A DNA stretch of 64,000 nt. Origin: Dehalococcoidia bacterium (lineage in GTDB: Bacteria > Chloroflexota > Dehalococcoidia > Bin125). The DNA lies in NCBI GenBank assembly GCA_963663895.2, contig CAXXRD010000001.1:128001-192000 (forward strand), given 5' to 3'. Of this stretch, positions 60,466 through 64,000 are shown in pieces (the first letter of the stretch is position 1; each line of letters opens with the position of its first letter). Position numbers and translations under genes: made by a program. The notes beneath the pieces were generated by a model. It did not search any database. It worked only from the letters and a program-made list of their open reading frames with translations, and was not told the DNA's origin.

Positions 60466-61455
60466 ATGACCGACATCGTGATGCCCAAGTTCGGCTGGAC
60501 GATGGAAGAGGGCACCATCACGCAGTGGTACGCCAGCCAAGGCGACTACGTCACCGAAGGCCAGCCGCTCTTCGTCGTCGAGACCGAGAAGGTCAACACC
60601 GACGTGGAGGCGCCCGCCAGCGGCGTTATCGCGGCCATCGTCGCGCCGGTGGGCAGCCTCGTGCCAGTCGGCGGGCTCGTCGCCCGCCTCGACGCCACGG
60701 CCGGCAGCTCGCCGCCACCCCCTTCAGCGGCCCCCACCACGACCGGGGGACGGGTGGGCGCCGTCACACAGCTCACCCCTGCGAAAAGCTCTGGCCAGCC
60801 CATGGACAGCAGCGAGATCGCGCTCAGCTCGGTCGAGAAGCGCACCGGTGAGCGGATGCTCGCGAGCTGGCGCGATACGCCGATGGTCACCCTCACGACA
60901 GACGCCGATGCCGATGCCGTCGCCGTCCTGCGCGAGTCCACATCCGGCGCGCCGTCACCGACGATCGTGGTCGCCCATCTCGCGGTCGGCCTGGTCACGC
61001 GCCACCCACGACTCAACGCCCGCCTGAGCGATGCGCAGCTCCACCTCTCCGAGAGCGTCAACCTTGGCTTCGCCGTCGAGACGGAGCGCGGCCTGGTCGT
61101 CCCAGTCGTGCCCGACGCAGCCAGCCTCGCACTCGAGCAACTGGCGGCGCGCCTCGCGGAGCTCGCTGCCAAGGCGCGCGACGGCGCCTTGGAACTGAAC
61201 GATGTCTCCAACGGGACTTTCACCGTGTCCGGATTGGGCCACGTCGGCGTGGACAGCTTCACCCCCATTATCAACCCACCGCAGACCGCCATCCTCGGCA
61301 TCGGCCGCCTGCGACGCGAGCCGACCGTGCGTGAGGGCGCCATCGTCCCAGGCTGGCGGATCTGGCTCTCGCTGACTTTCGACCACCGAGCCATGGATGG
61401 CGCCCCGGCCGGGCGCTTCCTCCAAGCGCTCGCCCGCGCCTGTGCCGGCAACTGA
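60466..61455 (+). CDS. Dihydrolipoamide acyltransferase E2 (short)
   Basis: Lipoyl motif VETEKV, PIINPPQ, LTFDHRAMDG. Confidence 0.93.
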   Translation: MTDIVMPKFGWTMEEGTITQWYASQGDYVTEGQPLFVVETEKVNTDVEAPASGVIAAIVAPVGSLVPVGGLVARLDATAGSSPPPPSAAPTTTGGRVGAVTQLTPAKSSGQPMDSSEIALSSVEKRTGERMLASWRDTPMVTLTTDADADAVAVLRESTSGAPSPTIVVAHLAVGLVTRHPRLNARLSDAQLHLSESVNLGFAVETERGLVVPVVPDAASLALEQLAARLAELAAKARDGALELNDVSNGTFTVSGLGHVGVDSFTPIINPPQTAILGIGRLRREPTVREGAIVPGWRIWLSLTFDHRAMDGAPAGRFLQALARACAGN

Positions 61456-61593
61456 GGCTCCGCACGCGAAGGAAGATCTCCGCTGTGGAGCAGCCTAGGC
61501 AAGTCACGAAGTCCGCGATCTCGACGAGCCGCTAGGCTGTGTCGTCCCGACCCTCGGGAAGCTGCCTGCGGTACTGAGAGAGAGGAATGTGCG

Positions 61594-62823
61594 ATGCCAG
61601 AAGGACCACTCAGTGGGATCACGGTGGTGGAGTGCAGCATCTGGATGCTGGGGCCCCTCGCCGGCGTCATGCTCGGCGACCTCGGCGCCGACGTCATCAA
61701 AATCGAGAATCCCCACAGCCCCGACGGCTCGCGCAACCTGGTCTCGGTCGCCGCCTGGGACCTCGAACTCCCCGGCGGCAAGAGCTCCATGTTCGAGGCG
61801 GCCAACCGCAACAAGCGCGGTGTCGGCATTGATCTCAAGGCAGACGGTGGCCCCGAACTCGTCAAGGAACTCGTCCGCGACGCCGACGTCTTCCTCGAGA
61901 ATTTCCGGCCGGGCGCCCTGGCGCGACTGGGCCTCGGCTACGAGGAGCTGAAACAGATCAACCCGCGGCTCATTTATGGACGCGCCTCCGGACACGGTTT
62001 CAAGGGTCCGGAATTCGGGCGGCCCGCCATCGACGGGCTCGGCCAATCACGCTCCGGCCTCATGTGGCAAAACGGGCGCGCCGGCGACCCGCCAAACTGG
62101 AACACGATCGCGATGGCGGACGTGATGGGCGCCAACATGCTGGCCTACGGTGTCGTCACCGCGCTCGCCGCGCGCGAGCGGAGTGGCGTTGGCCAGCAGG
62201 TCGAAATCTCCCACATCATGGCCTCAATCTGGCTGCAGTACTGGGCCGTCTCCGCCTGCATGCTACGCGACCTACCCGAGTGGGCGCGCTTCGACCGCGA
62301 CAATGCCGCCAACCCCCTCTACAACCTCTACCGCTGTGCCGACAGCGAATGGATCTTCATCGGCTGCGTCAACGCGGAACGCGATTGGCTCCCCCTCTGT
62401 CGCGCGCTGGATATGGATCCCGCCGTGCGCGACGATCCTCGTTTCCAGACCTTTGAGGGCATCCGCACACATAACACGGAACTCATCCGGATCCTTGAGC
62501 GCCAGTTCGCCACGCGCCCCCGCGCCGGCTGGGAGAACCGCCTCAGAGAGGAGCCCGATCTCGTCTTCGACCGCGTCCAACGCATCCGCGACCTCCCCAA
62601 CGACCCTGCCGTCCAAGCAAACGACTACCTGATCGAGATCGATAATCCCGCCTACGGAAAGCGCCTCCTTCCCAATCACCCCGTCGTATTCAGCGAAACT
62701 CCCGCCTCCATCCGCCGACCCCCACCGGGCGTCGGCGAGCATACGGCCGAAGTGCTCCAAGAGCGGCTCGGATTGGACGATGAGCGCATCGCCGAACTCG
62801 TCATCAAAGGTGTCATCGGCTAG
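61594..62823 (+). CDS. CaiB/BaiF family III CoA-transferase
   Basis: LGDLGADVIKIE, NRNKRG, ENFRPG, MADVMG. Confidence 0.94.
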   Translation: MPEGPLSGITVVECSIWMLGPLAGVMLGDLGADVIKIENPHSPDGSRNLVSVAAWDLELPGGKSSMFEAANRNKRGVGIDLKADGGPELVKELVRDADVFLENFRPGALARLGLGYEELKQINPRLIYGRASGHGFKGPEFGRPAIDGLGQSRSGLMWQNGRAGDPPNWNTIAMADVMGANMLAYGVVTALAARERSGVGQQVEISHIMASIWLQYWAVSACMLRDLPEWARFDRDNAANPLYNLYRCADSEWIFIGCVNAERDWLPLCRALDMDPAVRDDPRFQTFEGIRTHNTELIRILERQFATRPRAGWENRLREEPDLVFDRVQRIRDLPNDPAVQANDYLIEIDNPAYGKRLLPNHPVVFSETPASIRRPPPGVGEHTAEVLQERLGLDDERIAELVIKGVIG

Positions 62824-62951
62824 GGCGTCCCATGCCCGCTGGTCCGAGACGGCAGCCGTCCGCTAGTCTCTCGCGGCTTAGGCGGCGCCTATGCATCCGG
62901 GCCGACTGAATCGCTCGGCTTCGCAGAGCCACCGTAGGAACGAGGACTTTC

Positions 62952-63905
62952 ATGGCGACCATCAACTCCGTCTCCGGCCCGCTCGACACCAGCCAGCTTG
63001 GCTACACCCTCATGCACGAGCACGTCTGCTCCTGGTCTGCCGGCATGTGGCATTACTGGCCGCAATTCATGGGCGGGCGGGAGACATTTTTGGAGCACGC
63101 GAGCGGCGTGCTCGCCGAGGCCAAGGCCGCCGGTATCCAATCGTTCATCGACGTCACCACGATCGACCTCGGGCGCGACATCCGCCTGATCGCGGAAGCC
63201 GCCAAACGCTCCGACATGCAGATCGTCGCCTGCACCGGCCACTGGCTCGACCCATCGGAGTCGATGAAGAACCGCACCGCAGAGGAGCTGGCCGAGTTCT
63301 TCACAATGGAGATCACGGAAGGGATCGAAGGCACCGACATCAAGGCCGGCATTATCAAGGTCGCGAACGACGAGCCCGGTCTCACCGACTTCGGGCGCAG
63401 CGTCCTCAAAGCGGCGGCCGCGGCTCAAAAAGCGACCGGTGTCCCGATCAGCACGCACTCGGGCGCGAAGATCCGGATCGGGGAGGCGCAGGCGCGCATT
63501 CTTGAGCGCGAGGGCGTTGACCCGTCACGCGTCTATATCGGCCACTCCGACGACACGGACAGCCTCGGCTACCTCACGGGCTTGCTGGAGCGCGGCTACT
63601 GGATCGGCCTGGACCGCATCCCCCTGGGCGCGTTCTATCCACCGCCCACGGTCGCGGAGCGGGCGGGCGTCGTGGTCGAATTGGTCAACCGCGGCTTCGA
63701 AAAGCAGATCTGTCTGTCCCATGACGTGCCGATCGGCTTGGGCCTCGTCGGCAAGGAGCAAGAAGCGAAGTTCCGCGAGCGTATCCCGGGCGGAATCCTC
63801 TTCATCAACCAAACCTTCATCCCCATGCTCAAGGAACGTGGCCTGAGCGAGAGCTCCATTGAACAGATTATGATCGGCAACCCCCGGAAGTTCTTCGAGG
63901 GTTAG
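62952..63905 (+). CDS. Phosphotriesterase-related protein (PLL/Php family)
   Basis: TLMHEH, GIIKVA (carbamylated Lys), STH, IGH, SHD metal ligands. Confidence 0.94.
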   Translation: MATINSVSGPLDTSQLGYTLMHEHVCSWSAGMWHYWPQFMGGRETFLEHASGVLAEAKAAGIQSFIDVTTIDLGRDIRLIAEAAKRSDMQIVACTGHWLDPSESMKNRTAEELAEFFTMEITEGIEGTDIKAGIIKVANDEPGLTDFGRSVLKAAAAAQKATGVPISTHSGAKIRIGEAQARILEREGVDPSRVYIGHSDDTDSLGYLTGLLERGYWIGLDRIPLGAFYPPPTVAERAGVVVELVNRGFEKQICLSHDVPIGLGLVGKEQEAKFRERIPGGILFINQTFIPMLKERGLSESSIEQIMIGNPRKFFEG

Positions 63906-63946
63906 GGCGATCGCCCCTCTCAGATTGCGAGCGAAGGGAACACCCC

Positions 63947-64000
63947 ATGACAACGATGAACCGAACCTTTGAAGAGCGACGGGCGGACTCACTCGACGGG
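63947..64000 (+). CDS. Possible start of the next gene (truncated by window)
   Basis: GAAGGGA then ATG; frame open to the window end (MTTMNRTFEERRADSLDG). Confidence 0.35.
   Translation, partial: MTTMNRTFEERRADSLDG

Noticed and set aside
50493-64000. Genomic island integrated at tRNA-Asp
   Set aside because: Gene content shifts to accessory functions, but I see no integrase, att duplication or obvious compositional change in the window

Overview
GC-rich bacterial chromosomal window, most consistent with Chloroflexota (Dehalococcoidia-like); this is inferred from gene order, a GAAC-N4-GTTC LexA box and several luciferase-like monooxygenases. Positions 1-50.6 kb are mostly core genes: tig, oppABC, aspS, hemW, an HDAC, selB, yajC-secD-secF, def, priA, trmD-rplS, a near-complete dcw cluster (mraZ to ftsZ, no murE), nrdR, yggS-proC-yggT, recA-recX-rny-ymdB-PHP-fabZ and tRNA-Asp. 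The remainder is a catabolic block: amidase plus small partner, hydrolase, two CaiB CoA-transferases, tandem LLM oxidoreductases, a SnoaL protein, rhodanese, E1a/E1b/E2 dehydrogenase and a phosphotriesterase. About 13 single-base homopolymer indels, most at 37-44 kb, break genes and look like long-read errors. The most interesting signals are: a LysM-like domain inserted in the extracytoplasmic region of SecD, a duplicated P4 domain in SecF, a second LysM-like insert in the OppC permease (together suggesting cell-wall-tethered transport machines), a single-chain triple-Rid protein, a hidden histone-H1-like small gene, RNase Y without its transmembrane anchor, and a structured intergenic ncRNA candidate.
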